From NCBI GenBank assembly GCA_003169735.1, contig PNAP01000025.1, forward strand, positions 179 to 64,178: a DNA stretch of 64,000 nucleotides, in the 5' to 3' direction. Positions 45,753 to 54,256 of this stretch are shown here, in pieces (the stretch's first letter is position 1; every line of letters begins with the position of its first letter). Source of the stretch: Chloroflexota bacterium. Lineage in GTDB: Bacteria > Chloroflexota > Limnocylindria > Limnocylindrales > CSP1-4. Both the position numbers and the translations under genes were made by a program. Under the pieces are notes generated by a model. It searched no databases, was not told the origin of the DNA, and was given only the letters and a program-made list of their open reading frames with translations.

Positions 45753-46004
45753 CCAGGGCGCATCAAGGCCGCCGGTCACGTCGACCGGCACCTGCTCGGT
45801 GCGCGTTCGGCAGTTCGCCTCGAGGATGCCCATCGCCTTGGCCACCTGTTCGTCCTCCAGGCCGAGCATCAGCGTGACGTTGCGTGCTCGCAGGAACCCG
45901 CCCTGCGACCCCAGTTCCGTGACCCGCAACCCGCTCGCCTGGAAGGCGTTGACGACGCGCCGCGAATCGTCGCGATGGACGATGGCGATGATCAGCTTCG
46001 ACAT
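45681..46004 (-). CDS. darA: PII-like c-di-AMP receptor DarA/PstA (DUF970)
   Basis: 107-aa product MSKLIIAIVHRDDSRRVVNAFQASGLRVTELGSQGGFLRARNVTLMLGLEDEQVAKAMGILEANCRTRTEQV...HGGATIFVLPIDQIRRI, collinear with PstA/DarA. The rest of ORF 45681..46661 is antisense filler. Confidence 0.8.
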   Translation of the reverse strand: MSKLIIAIVHRDDSRRVVNAFQASGLRVTELGSQGGFLRARNVTLMLGLEDEQVAKAMGILEANCRTRTEQVPVDVTGGLDAPWLPAEVTHGGATIFVLPIDQIRRI

Positions 46005-46015
46005 TCCGCGCAAGC

Positions 46016-46573
46016 CTACCGACGGGCCGCGCGCCAGGCAAGGACGATGAGCAGGACGATCGACAGGTAGTCGAAGCCCGATAGCTGCGGTGTCAGCCAG
46101 TCGAGGAACGGTTGCGCGTCGAGGCGTTGCTGGAACGTCAGGTCGGAGGCGGGCAGGAGCAGCTTCGCGAGCAGATACGCAAGGTAGCTGCCGGCCAGCC
46201 AGCTCACGGCGCCGAGAACGGCCGCGAGCGCGCTCACCGAACGTGCTGGCACGTGGCCGTGGCCGGACCAGGCGCCCCATCCGACGGTGGCACCGATGAA
46301 CAAGCCGCCGACGGCCGCGACCACCAGTAGCCCGACCTCGATGTCGACGATCGATGCCACGGCCCCCCAGGCAGCGGCCGTCCCGAAGGCGGCAAGGAGG
46401 CCGAACAGGAACGCCAGAAGCCTGTTCGCGGTGGCCGGCGGGGCCATCGAGGCGCTCGTGGCCGGATCCCGGTAACGCTCGCCGGGCGCTCGATCGAGCG
46501 GTGGAGTCGGCGCCCCGCCGGGCCGGCCGACCTCGCCTGGCATCGACCCTCCAGCCTGCGTCCGCTCGGTCAT
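46016..46573 (-). CDS. Membrane protein, unknown function
   Basis: Four predicted TM helices. Lies immediately upstream of darA on the same strand. Confidence 0.45.
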   Translation of the reverse strand: MTERTQAGGSMPGEVGRPGGAPTPPLDRAPGERYRDPATSASMAPPATANRLLAFLFGLLAAFGTAAAWGAVASIVDIEVGLLVVAAVGGLFIGATVGWGAWSGHGHVPARSVSALAAVLGAVSWLAGSYLAYLLAKLLLPASDLTFQQRLDAQPFLDWLTPQLSGFDYLSIVLLIVLAWRAARR

Positions 46574-46594
46574 CAGCCGTTAGACTACCCGCCG

Positions 46595-47098
46595 ATGGTC
46601 CATCCCAGCCTGGGGCTACCCCCGTCCGATGCCACCGCCGGATCACCCGCCGCCGCGGCACGGCTGCGTGGCTCGCGCGAACGGTTGGCGCAGGTGGCGC
46701 TGGAAGCCTCCGTGCGGCTGGCGCCGTACTTCGCCGAGCGCTACTCCGACCTTGAGATGCGGCGGTTCCTGCGCGACCTCGACCGCCACATCGAGCAGCT
46801 GGCGCGGGCCCTCGAGACCGGCGAAGACGGCTACGTGACCGACTATGGGGAGTGGCTCGTGCCCGTCTACCGGCGGCGCCACGTGCCGATGAAGGACTTC
46901 ATCGTGATGCTCGGCGGGCTGCGCGATGCCGCCCTGGCCGTCCTCCCTTCCGATGAGGCACGGCTCACGCGGGCGCTGATCGAGCGCTGGGCGGCGCGCC
47001 TGAAGCATCACGGCCGCCTGGCCGGCGATCACAAGGGCAACCCAGTCGTCCGATTCTTCTGGAAGGCCGCCGGCATCGGCGACGACTCGGTCGTCTGA
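46595..47098 (+). CDS. Hypothetical protein
   Basis: 167-aa helical-looking ORF with no family call. Divergent from the membrane-protein gene with a 21-bp gap. Confidence 0.45.
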   Translation: MVHPSLGLPPSDATAGSPAAAARLRGSRERLAQVALEASVRLAPYFAERYSDLEMRRFLRDLDRHIEQLARALETGEDGYVTDYGEWLVPVYRRRHVPMKDFIVMLGGLRDAALAVLPSDEARLTRALIERWAARLKHHGRLAGDHKGNPVVRFFWKAAGIGDDSVV

Positions 47099-47130
47099 CG
47101 CTGTGACGACCCGCAGATGACTACCAGCCG

Positions 47131-47478
47131 ATGACCATCAAATGGGTCAAGAGCGACCCGCTCGTCATGAACGGGGAGCCGTTCTGCTACAACACGCGGC
47201 TGACCGTCCGCAACCTGCTCGAGATGCGCGCCAACGGGCTGACGCCCTCGCAGATGCTCGCCCAGAGCCCAGAGCTGCGGCCGGTCGGTATCGCCGAGGC
47301 ATTCCGCTTCGCCGCTGAGAACCGGGAGCGCTACGCGGAGTTCTTCGCTGCCGACGGTTCGCTGGAGGGGCCTGGTTTCACGGCCGCGGGGGCGGCGCGC
47401 TTGCCCGAGCATCTGCGCTCGATGGCCGGCATCGTGGTCAGCGTGGGCGAACCGGACCCGGCCGGCGCCATCGGCTGA
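47131..47478 (+). CDS. DUF433 domain protein
   Basis: N-terminal region DPLVMNGEPFCYNTRLTVRNLLEMRANGLTPSQMLAQSPEL matches the DUF433 pattern. Confidence 0.6.
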   Translation: MTIKWVKSDPLVMNGEPFCYNTRLTVRNLLEMRANGLTPSQMLAQSPELRPVGIAEAFRFAAENRERYAEFFAADGSLEGPGFTAAGAARLPEHLRSMAGIVVSVGEPDPAGAIG

Positions 47479-48100
47479 GGCAGGGAGTGGCGTGTCCGCG
47501 GACGCGTCCCGGCGAGTGGTCCTCGGCGGAGTGGGAGCCGAACGATCGGCCCGGCCGCACGCCGCATTCCCGTCAGACAGTCCTCGGCAGAGTGCAAAGC
47601 GAGTGCTCGTCCGATTCGATGGCATCCACTCGCCGAATCGACCGCCGCCGGAGCGTGGGTCCCGCGACTCTGCCCGGTTTCGACACCGGCGCGGCGGCGG
47701 CGACCCGCTTATCACTCTCTCCAGTCATGGATGACGGGAGCGCAACCGGGGAGGGAGGGTTCTCGCGCCCGTGTCCGGCGGCGCGGGCTCGTGACCAGCT
47801 GCGCGCGCTCGTGACCAGATTCAAACGCAGGTAGCGTTCGGCGGCGCGGAGCGGTCGGAACACCGCGGATCAGCGTCCGAGATCGGGTGCGAACGAGCGA
47901 CGACGCCCAACTCCACGCTCACAGCAGTACCCCGATGCCGCCTCGGCGCCCGGTCTCGGGGCGGCATGCGGCCGACTGCCACCCGGGTTTGCGTCTGGAC
48001 CGAAACGGTCGTTGGTGCACGCGTGGCGGCGTGGCGCTGAGCGGGTCAGTCTGCAGCCGGGTGCTAGGATGCCCCGACGCAGCTCCCTGAGGAACCCTGG

Positions 48101-48442
48101 ATGACCGACACCATCACGACCGAGACCGCGACCGCGACCGAGACCGTCAGCGTGGCCGACCCGCAGGCGCGCGCGACCGAGCTGGCCATCCTCGATGCGC
48201 TGCGCAGCGTCGTCGATCCGGAGATCGGCATGAATGTCGTCGAGCTCGCACTCATCAAGCAGATCGTGGTTGGCCCGGAAACCACCGAGATCCGGATGAT
48301 CCTGACGACGCCGTTCTGCCCCTACGCGGGATCGATGATCGCGCAGGTCAAGGAGGCGACCGAAGAAGTGGTCGGGCACGAGGTCAAGGTGACCCTCCTG
48401 GCCGAGCGATGGGACCCGCGCGAAGCGGGCCTCGTCTGGTAG
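48101..48442 (+). CDS. DUF59 (MIP18/SufT-like) Fe-S cluster assembly protein
   Basis: VVDPEIGMNVVELALI...ILTTPFCPYAG is the FeS_assembly_P signature. Confidence 0.8.
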   Translation: MTDTITTETATATETVSVADPQARATELAILDALRSVVDPEIGMNVVELALIKQIVVGPETTEIRMILTTPFCPYAGSMIAQVKEATEEVVGHEVKVTLLAERWDPREAGLVW

Positions 48443-48482
48443 TCGACTCGTAGCAGGCACCCCCCGCACGAGCCGCGCCACC

Positions 48483-48551
48483 GGCGCGAAGCGCGCCCCC
48501 GGCGCGAAGCGCGCCCCCGGCGCGAAGCGCGCCCCCGGCGCGAAGCGCGCC
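48483..48551. repeat. About 3.8 tandem copies of an 18-bp repeat GGCGCGAAGCGCGCCCCC, in frame with the downstream PduO-type reading frame
   Basis: Read directly from the sequence. Each unit is a GGCGCG/CGCGCC hairpin, and a degenerate copy precedes the array. The array translates as (GAKRAP)n in the adenosyltransferase frame. Confidence 0.7.
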
Positions 48552-48698
48552 ACTCGTCCCGCCATCGCCACGAGCGTCGTCGCGACGGGGCGCGGCGACG
48601 ACGGCACGACCGGGCTGCTCTTCGGCGGCCGCGTCGAGAAGGATGACCCGCGGACCGAGGCCTACGGCACGATCGATGAAGCGGTCGCGGCGCTTGGA

Positions 48699-49235
48699 TT
48701 GGGGAGGGCGGAGATCGGCGAGCTTGCCCTGGCCGGCCGGTCGTCGGACGAGCTGCGGCGCCTCGACGCGATCCTGGTGATCCTCCAGCGTGGCCTCTTC
48801 GTCGCCGGCAGCGAGTTGGCCGCGAATCCCGAGGCATGGGATCGGCTCGAGGACCGCGTGACCCGCGTCGACGAAACGATGCTCCAGGAGCTCGAGACCG
48901 CGCTCGCCGAGTACGAGTCACGCATCACCATGCCGAGGGAGTTCGTGGTTCCCGGCGCTTCGCGCCTCTCCGCTGCGCTGGAACTTGCCCGCACGATCCT
49001 GCGCCGCGCCGAACGCCGCGCGGTGACCCTCCGGCGAGACGGCCGCGTCCCCGGGGAGTGGCTCCTGCCCTATCTCAATCGCCAGGCCGACCTCGTGTGG
49101 GTCCTCGCCCGCGCCGCCGAACAGGCCGAGGAACGCGTTACCGTATTCGCCCGCGAGGGCCGCGCCCGGCCACTCCGCCGATCCGCCGCGAACGCGGGTG
49201 ACCCCAGCAAGGAGCGACTGGACGAGCATCGCTAG
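48699..49235 (+). CDS. PduO-type ATP:cob(I)alamin adenosyltransferase; conserved N-terminus encoded upstream of any canonical start
   Basis: The frame is open from 48393. Residues encoded at 48564..48698 (IATSVVATGRGDDGTTGLLFGGRVEKDDPRTEAYGTIDEAVAALGLG) match the PduO N-terminal ATP-binding region, yet the first ATG/GTG/TTG in frame is the TTG at 48699. Possible non-canonical start, pseudogene or sequence error. Confidence 0.55.
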   Translation: MGRAEIGELALAGRSSDELRRLDAILVILQRGLFVAGSELAANPEAWDRLEDRVTRVDETMLQELETALAEYESRITMPREFVVPGASRLSAALELARTILRRAERRAVTLRRDGRVPGEWLLPYLNRQADLVWVLARAAEQAEERVTVFAREGRARPLRRSAANAGDPSKERLDEHR

Positions 49236-49320
49236 ACTCTTGCGGTCGGGCCGGACGCGGGCGCCCGATACCGGGAGAGATTCACCCCTACGCCCGATCA
49301 AAGAAAAGGAACCAACCACC

Positions 49321-50127
49321 GTGTTCGATCGAGATCGCAACCAGCCCGACCGCTACCAGGGCCCCAAGCCGGCCGGACAGCCAGTCGGTGGCGCGCCGAC
49401 CCAGGGCGGCATCACCGGCGGGGTCGTCATCAACGGCCAGCGCGTCGGCATCAACCAGCGCGAAGGCCTCCTGACGATGAGCTTCGTCTGGATGTTCGCG
49501 GCGCTGCTCCTGAGCGCCTTTGCCGCCTACTTCGTCTATTCGAACCCGAGCATCCAGACCTTCGTGGTCAAGTGGTACTTCGCGCTCATCATCGGTGAGC
49601 TCGGTCTCGTGCTGGCCATCAGCTTCGGCATCAACAAGATCGGCGCGCTGCCGGCGCTGGCGCTCCTGTTCGTCTACGCCCTGCTCACCGGGCTCACCAT
49701 CGGTGCCCTCGTCCAGGCCTACGTCGGCAAGGGCGATCCCACGGCCATGGCCGCGGTCGCATCGTCGTTCGTCGGTGCCTCAGCGGTCTTCGGTGGAGCG
49801 GCGCTCTACGGCTTCGCCACCAAACGAGATCTGACCGGCATCGGCGGCATCCTCTTCATGGGCCTCATCGGGCTCATCGCGATGTCGTTCGTGCAGGTCT
49901 TCTTCTTTTCCGGGAACAGCACGTTCAACCTGGTCATCGGCGCCGTCGGCGTGCTGATCTTCACCGGCCTGACTGCCTACCACGTCCAGGCCCTCAAGAA
50001 CGGCAAATTGAGCCGGGTCCAGAACGCCCAGTCGGCCTCGGTCGTCGGGGCGCTCGTGCTCTACCTCGACTTCATCAACCTGTTCCTGATGATGCTGCGC
50101 ATCTTCGGCGGAGGCGGGCGCAGCTGA
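49321..50127 (+). CDS. Bax inhibitor-1 / YccA family membrane protein
   Basis: Seven TM helices with the BI-1 family C-terminal pattern. GTG at 49321 with AAGGAA 9 nt upstream; ORF 49198 is the alternative longer start. Confidence 0.7.
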   Translation: MFDRDRNQPDRYQGPKPAGQPVGGAPTQGGITGGVVINGQRVGINQREGLLTMSFVWMFAALLLSAFAAYFVYSNPSIQTFVVKWYFALIIGELGLVLAISFGINKIGALPALALLFVYALLTGLTIGALVQAYVGKGDPTAMAAVASSFVGASAVFGGAALYGFATKRDLTGIGGILFMGLIGLIAMSFVQVFFFSGNSTFNLVIGAVGVLIFTGLTAYHVQALKNGKLSRVQNAQSASVVGALVLYLDFINLFLMMLRIFGGGGRS

Positions 50128-50149
50128 CGCCGGGGCCCCGCTGCGCTCG

Positions 50150-51031
50150 ATGACCGATCAGCGGGTCGGCTTCTGCGGGCTTGGCACGATGGGCGCCGCG
50201 ATGGCGGCCAATCTCCGACGCAGCGGCTTCTCGCTGACCGTCTGGAATCGGACGCCCGGCCGCGCCGCTGACCTCGTGGCGGCTGGCGCGAGCGAGGCCG
50301 CGACGCCGGGAGCCGCTGCCGCGGCATCTGATGTCGTGGTCGTCTGCGTCTCGGACACGCCCGATGTCGAGGCCGTGCTGTTCGGGCCCGACGGGGTCAC
50401 GGTCGGTGCCGCGGCGGGGACGCTGATCATCGACTGCTCGACCATCAGCCCGTCGGCGACGCGCGACTACGCGGCGCGTCTCGCGACGGGTGGCGTGGCG
50501 ATGATCGATGCGCCCGTCTCCGGCGGGTCGGAGGGCGCGGTCAAGGCGACCCTCTCCATCATGGTCGGCGGCGACGCCGACGATGTCGAACGCGCGCGGC
50601 CGATCCTGTCGGCGATGGGCACGTCCGTCACGCACATGGGACCGATCGGGTCGGGGCAGGCGACCAAGGCGGTCAACCAGGTCATCCTGTGCGGCGCCTA
50701 CCTCGGGGTCGCCGAGGGTCTCGTCCTGGCGATGCGAGCCGGCCTCGACCCGGAACGGGTGGTCGCCGCGCTGAGCGGAGGCGCGGCCCAGTCCTGGGTC
50801 CTCGCCAATCGCAGCGGACGGATGATCGCCGACGAGTACCCGCTCGGGTTCAAACTCGCGCTCCACTTGAAGGACGTTCACATCGCCCTCGGCATGGCCG
50901 AGGACCTCGACCTGGCGTTGCCCGTCACGGCGCTCGCGGCTCGCTTCGAGGAGCAGCTCATGGCCGAGGGGCACGGCGACGAGGACGTCTCGAGCCTGGC
51001 GCGCGCCATCCGCTCCGGCATCGAGGGATGA
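50150..51031 (+). CDS. NAD(P)-dependent 3-hydroxyisobutyrate / 2-hydroxy-3-oxopropionate reductase family dehydrogenase
   Basis: VGFCGLGTMGAAMAANL Rossmann start, catalytic Lys region GSGQATKAVNQ, and a 6PGD-like C-terminal domain. Confidence 0.85.
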   Translation: MTDQRVGFCGLGTMGAAMAANLRRSGFSLTVWNRTPGRAADLVAAGASEAATPGAAAAASDVVVVCVSDTPDVEAVLFGPDGVTVGAAAGTLIIDCSTISPSATRDYAARLATGGVAMIDAPVSGGSEGAVKATLSIMVGGDADDVERARPILSAMGTSVTHMGPIGSGQATKAVNQVILCGAYLGVAEGLVLAMRAGLDPERVVAALSGGAAQSWVLANRSGRMIADEYPLGFKLALHLKDVHIALGMAEDLDLALPVTALAARFEEQLMAEGHGDEDVSSLARAIRSGIEG

Positions 51032-51498
51032 GGCGGCGGCCGGCGAACGCGCTCCTCTCGCTCGCCCTCGCCGCGGTCGCCATGCTCGCCTTCGTCTCCT
51101 GCGACGACATCACCGGCCCGCCCGATGCATCGACCCCGACGCCGATCGATTCGGGCATCCGGGGCCTGGTCCAGCTTTCCCCGACATGCCCCGGGCCGAC
51201 GCTCGCCGACCCCTGTACATCTCCGCTGGCGAAGCAACTCGTCATCGTCGACGCAAGCGGCAAGGAAGTGACGCGTGTCACGTCCGCCGTCGATGGCACC
51301 TTCCAGGTGACCCTGCCGCCCGGTGAATACACGGTCAATCCCGCGCCGAACGATCCACTCCCCATCGCGCCGCCGCAATCGGTGTCGGTCGTGGCCGGGA
51401 CGTATACCGACGTGCAGATCGACTACGACTCGGGTATCCGGATCCCCGATACGCCGCTGCCGACCGACTTCCCCGGCCCGTCGCCGTCGAGCTCGTAG
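51028..51498 (+). CDS. Lipoprotein with prealbumin/carboxypeptidase-regulatory-like beta-sandwich
   Basis: ATGA overlap with the upstream gene; signal peptide with lipobox (LAFVSC); VDGTFQVTLPPGEYTV segment. This is the internal portion of ORF 50689..51498. Confidence 0.55.
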   Translation: MRRRPANALLSLALAAVAMLAFVSCDDITGPPDASTPTPIDSGIRGLVQLSPTCPGPTLADPCTSPLAKQLVIVDASGKEVTRVTSAVDGTFQVTLPPGEYTVNPAPNDPLPIAPPQSVSVVAGTYTDVQIDYDSGIRIPDTPLPTDFPGPSPSSS

Positions 51499-51527
51499 CT
51501 CGCCTCAGGCCGGGCGCGTCCGGCAGT

Positions 51528-52601
51528 TCAGTGCGTGAGCGTCACCTTCGAGAGGCCGCGCGGCGTCTCCGGATCCATGCCGCGCGCCCTTGTCAGATAC
51601 AGGCAGAAGAGCTGGCCGGGGACGATGGCCGGGATGGGTGAGAGCCATTCCGGGAGTCGCGGCGGGAATGGCAATCGGAGGACCGGCGGCGCGGCGAGGC
51701 GCGGCTCCGGTCCGGTCGCTCCGCCATCGGGTCCGGGTTCGTCGCTCACCAGCAGGACGCGCGCCCGTCGCTCGGTGCGCAGCCGCGCGACCAGCTCCGA
51801 GATCTCGTCGGCGAGCGGCCCGCGAGCGCGGACGGCCAGGACGCAGCCGCCATCGTCGAGGCTGGCCACCGGTCCGTGCAGGTAATCGGCCGATGAATAC
51901 GCCTGGGCGCCGATCCCGGCCAGTTCCTTGAGCTTGAGTGCCCACTCGAGTGACGTGGCCAGGTTGTAGCCGCGGCCGAGGACGACGCAGCGATCCATGT
52001 CGGCGAGGTACCCGGCGGCATCCTCGGCTGACGCGTCGGCCGTCAGCGCGTCCGTGATGACCGCGGGGATCGTCTCGAGCTCGCGGCGAGCCGCGTCGGG
52101 ATCGGCCGATAGCGCAGCGGCCAGCATGGCGATGGCCGTCAGCTCCGCCGTGTAGGTCTTGGTCGCGGCCACCGCACGTTCGGCACCAGCGGCGAGATCC
52201 AGCACCTGGCCGGCCGCTGACGCGAGGGGAGAATCGGCGTCATTGGTGATGGCCAGCGTCAACGCGCCCTGCCGCTGCGCCTCTTCGATGACCTCGACCA
52301 CGTCCGGCGAGCGGCCCGACTGGCTGATGCCAAGGACCAGCGCGTTGGCCATCCGCGGTCGACCACCGTATTGCGTCACCACCGACGGCGTGGCGAGTGC
52401 GACGGGCAGGCCAGCCAGCACTCCCAGCACGTACTGTGCATAGACCGCGGCATGGTCCGAGCTGCCCCGCGCAGCGATGACCACGAACGAGAGGTCGCGC
52501 CGGCGTGCCTCGGCGGCGACGGCATCGATCACCGACCGACCGCGTTGGAGGAGACGGGCGCAGACATCCGGTTGCTCGCGGATCTCATCGATGAGCGCCA
52601 T
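51528..52601 (-). CDS. SIS-domain sugar-phosphate isomerase/deaminase (AgaS / NagB-II / FrlB-like, GlmS C-terminal-domain homolog)
   Basis: Two SIS domains (VVIAARGSSDHAAVY and ALVLGISQSGRSPDV) with no glutaminase domain. Confidence 0.8.
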   Translation of the reverse strand: MALIDEIREQPDVCARLLQRGRSVIDAVAAEARRRDLSFVVIAARGSSDHAAVYAQYVLGVLAGLPVALATPSVVTQYGGRPRMANALVLGISQSGRSPDVVEVIEEAQRQGALTLAITNDADSPLASAAGQVLDLAAGAERAVAATKTYTAELTAIAMLAAALSADPDAARRELETIPAVITDALTADASAEDAAGYLADMDRCVVLGRGYNLATSLEWALKLKELAGIGAQAYSSADYLHGPVASLDDGGCVLAVRARGPLADEISELVARLRTERRARVLLVSDEPGPDGGATGPEPRLAAPPVLRLPFPPRLPEWLSPIPAIVPGQLFCLYLTRARGMDPETPRGLSKVTLTH

Positions 52602-52614
52602 CGTGGGTCTCCCG

Positions 52615-54255
52615 TCAGTTGGCGAGGCGGGTCAGGCCGTGACCCCGCGGGTAGAGGTCCGCGACGGCGGCGGGTAGCCGGCCGAGCGGCGGGATGAGCC
52701 CCCACAACACGTCCGCCAGCGCGTCGAGCGTGGGCCGCAGGATGCCGTACGTGCAGAGATGCGTCTTCGACGCAGGGTAGGCTCCGAGGTCGAAGGGCGT
52801 GCGCAGGGCGACCGTGACCGTTGGCACGCCCGTCGAGAGGAGCGTCTGCACCAGCGTGGCCTGGGCCGCGTCCGCCGACGCGGAGATGGTGCCGATGAGG
52901 AGTAGGTCGAAGTCTCGCGCCTTGGCCCGGAGCGCGGCGACCTCCGCGTCGGTCGGCGGTTGGCCGGTCACGAACGACTCAACGGATCCATGGTGGCGAC
53001 GCAGGGCATCGGCGAGCGCGGCCGGCACCGTGCTCGACGTGTCCGCCGGGGTCAGGTCGCGCGGCGTCGGCATGATCGCGGCGATGCGTGACCCGGGCGG
53101 CAGCTGCAGCGGCAGGAGCCCATCCTCGTCACGGACCAGCGTGATCGAGCGCTGCGCGAGCTCGCGCGCGAGTCGGGCGTGCTCGACGCACCCGACGACC
53201 TCGAGGTCGGGCTGGGTCGCCGCCGCCAGCCGTCGGCGCAGCGCCGCCGCCCTGGCCAACGAGACGCGCACGCCCTCGCCATCGATCAGCCGGCGCCCGA
53301 CCGCGTGCCGAAGCCCAGCCTCGATGCGCTCGAGGGCTGCCGCATCGGGCGCACAGAGGAGGAGGTCGACCCCGGCGCGCAGCGCGGCGATGACGTCGAG
53401 CACCTGGCCGCCGCCCTGGGCCATGGCGTGCATGTCCAGGGCATCGGTGATGGACAGGCCGTCGAATCCCATCTCCGTACGCAACAGGTCGTGCATCACC
53501 TCGCGCGCGAGCGTGGCCGGCAGCGATGCCTCTCCGGTCAGCGCGGGCACGGCGAGGTGCGCCGACATGACGAGGTCGACGCCGGCCGCGATGGCGGCGC
53601 GGAAGGGCACGAGCTCCACCGACTCCAGGCGATCGCGGCCGTGAGCGGTCGATGCGAGCGCAAGGTGCGTGTCGAGCGCGACATCGCCGAGACCCGGGAA
53701 GTGCTTGGCCGTGGCCGCCACCCCCGCCGCGCGCAGCCCGCGGATGACCGCTGCGGCCATCGCCCCAGCCGCCGCGGGGTCATCGCCAAACGAGCGGATG
53801 CCGATGGCCGGGTTGTCCGGGTTCGTTGCCAGGTCGCACACCGGCGCGTAGGCCACGTTGACGCCGAGCGCGAGCAGCTCGCGCGCGGTCGCGGAACCCA
53901 CGCGCTCGGCGAGCGCGGTATCGCCGACCGCACCGATGGCCATGTTGCCTGCGAACGGCGTCGTGGCGCCGCCGAGCCCCTGGAGCTGGCCGCCCTCCTG
54001 GTCAGCGGCGATGAGCAACGGCAGGTGGGCTGCGGCACCTCCTGCCGCGGCATCTCGCGCCGCAGCCGCCCGCTGGAGCTGATCGGTCAGGCCGCGCACC
54101 TCGCTCGGCGTGCCGATATTGACGTAGCGGAAGAGCGTCACCCCGGCGGCCGGCGCCGCTGTGAGCCTTCGTTGCATGCCGGCCGGCAGCTCCCGGCCCT
54201 CGAACGCCAGGACGAGGAGGCCGAGGACCTCATCGCCCTGGCTCGCGGAGTTCAT
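52615..54255 (-). CDS. nagZ: GH3 beta-N-acetylhexosaminidase (NagZ-like)
   Basis: KHFPGLGDVALDTH motif and GH3 N-terminal domain layout, plus a C-terminal alpha/beta sandwich. Confidence 0.8.
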   Translation of the reverse strand: MNSASQGDEVLGLLVLAFEGRELPAGMQRRLTAAPAAGVTLFRYVNIGTPSEVRGLTDQLQRAAAARDAAAGGAAAHLPLLIAADQEGGQLQGLGGATTPFAGNMAIGAVGDTALAERVGSATARELLALGVNVAYAPVCDLATNPDNPAIGIRSFGDDPAAAGAMAAAVIRGLRAAGVAATAKHFPGLGDVALDTHLALASTAHGRDRLESVELVPFRAAIAAGVDLVMSAHLAVPALTGEASLPATLAREVMHDLLRTEMGFDGLSITDALDMHAMAQGGGQVLDVIAALRAGVDLLLCAPDAAALERIEAGLRHAVGRRLIDGEGVRVSLARAAALRRRLAAATQPDLEVVGCVEHARLARELAQRSITLVRDEDGLLPLQLPPGSRIAAIMPTPRDLTPADTSSTVPAALADALRRHHGSVESFVTGQPPTDAEVAALRAKARDFDLLLIGTISASADAAQATLVQTLLSTGVPTVTVALRTPFDLGAYPASKTHLCTYGILRPTLDALADVLWGLIPPLGRLPAAVADLYPRGHGLTRLAN

Positions 54256-54256
54256 G

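Noticed and set aside
47029-47715. 228-aa minus-strand ORF
   Set aside because: It is antisense across the 167-aa gene and the DUF433 gene, with low-complexity translation.
43950-48551. Possibility that the two 18-bp repeat arrays are CRISPR arrays
   Set aside because: The repeats are directly tandem with no unique spacers, the units are only 18 bp, and there are no cas genes in the window.
47870-48607. 245-aa minus-strand ORF
   Set aside because: It is antisense to the DUF59 gene and the repeat array, with poly-Arg/Pro content.
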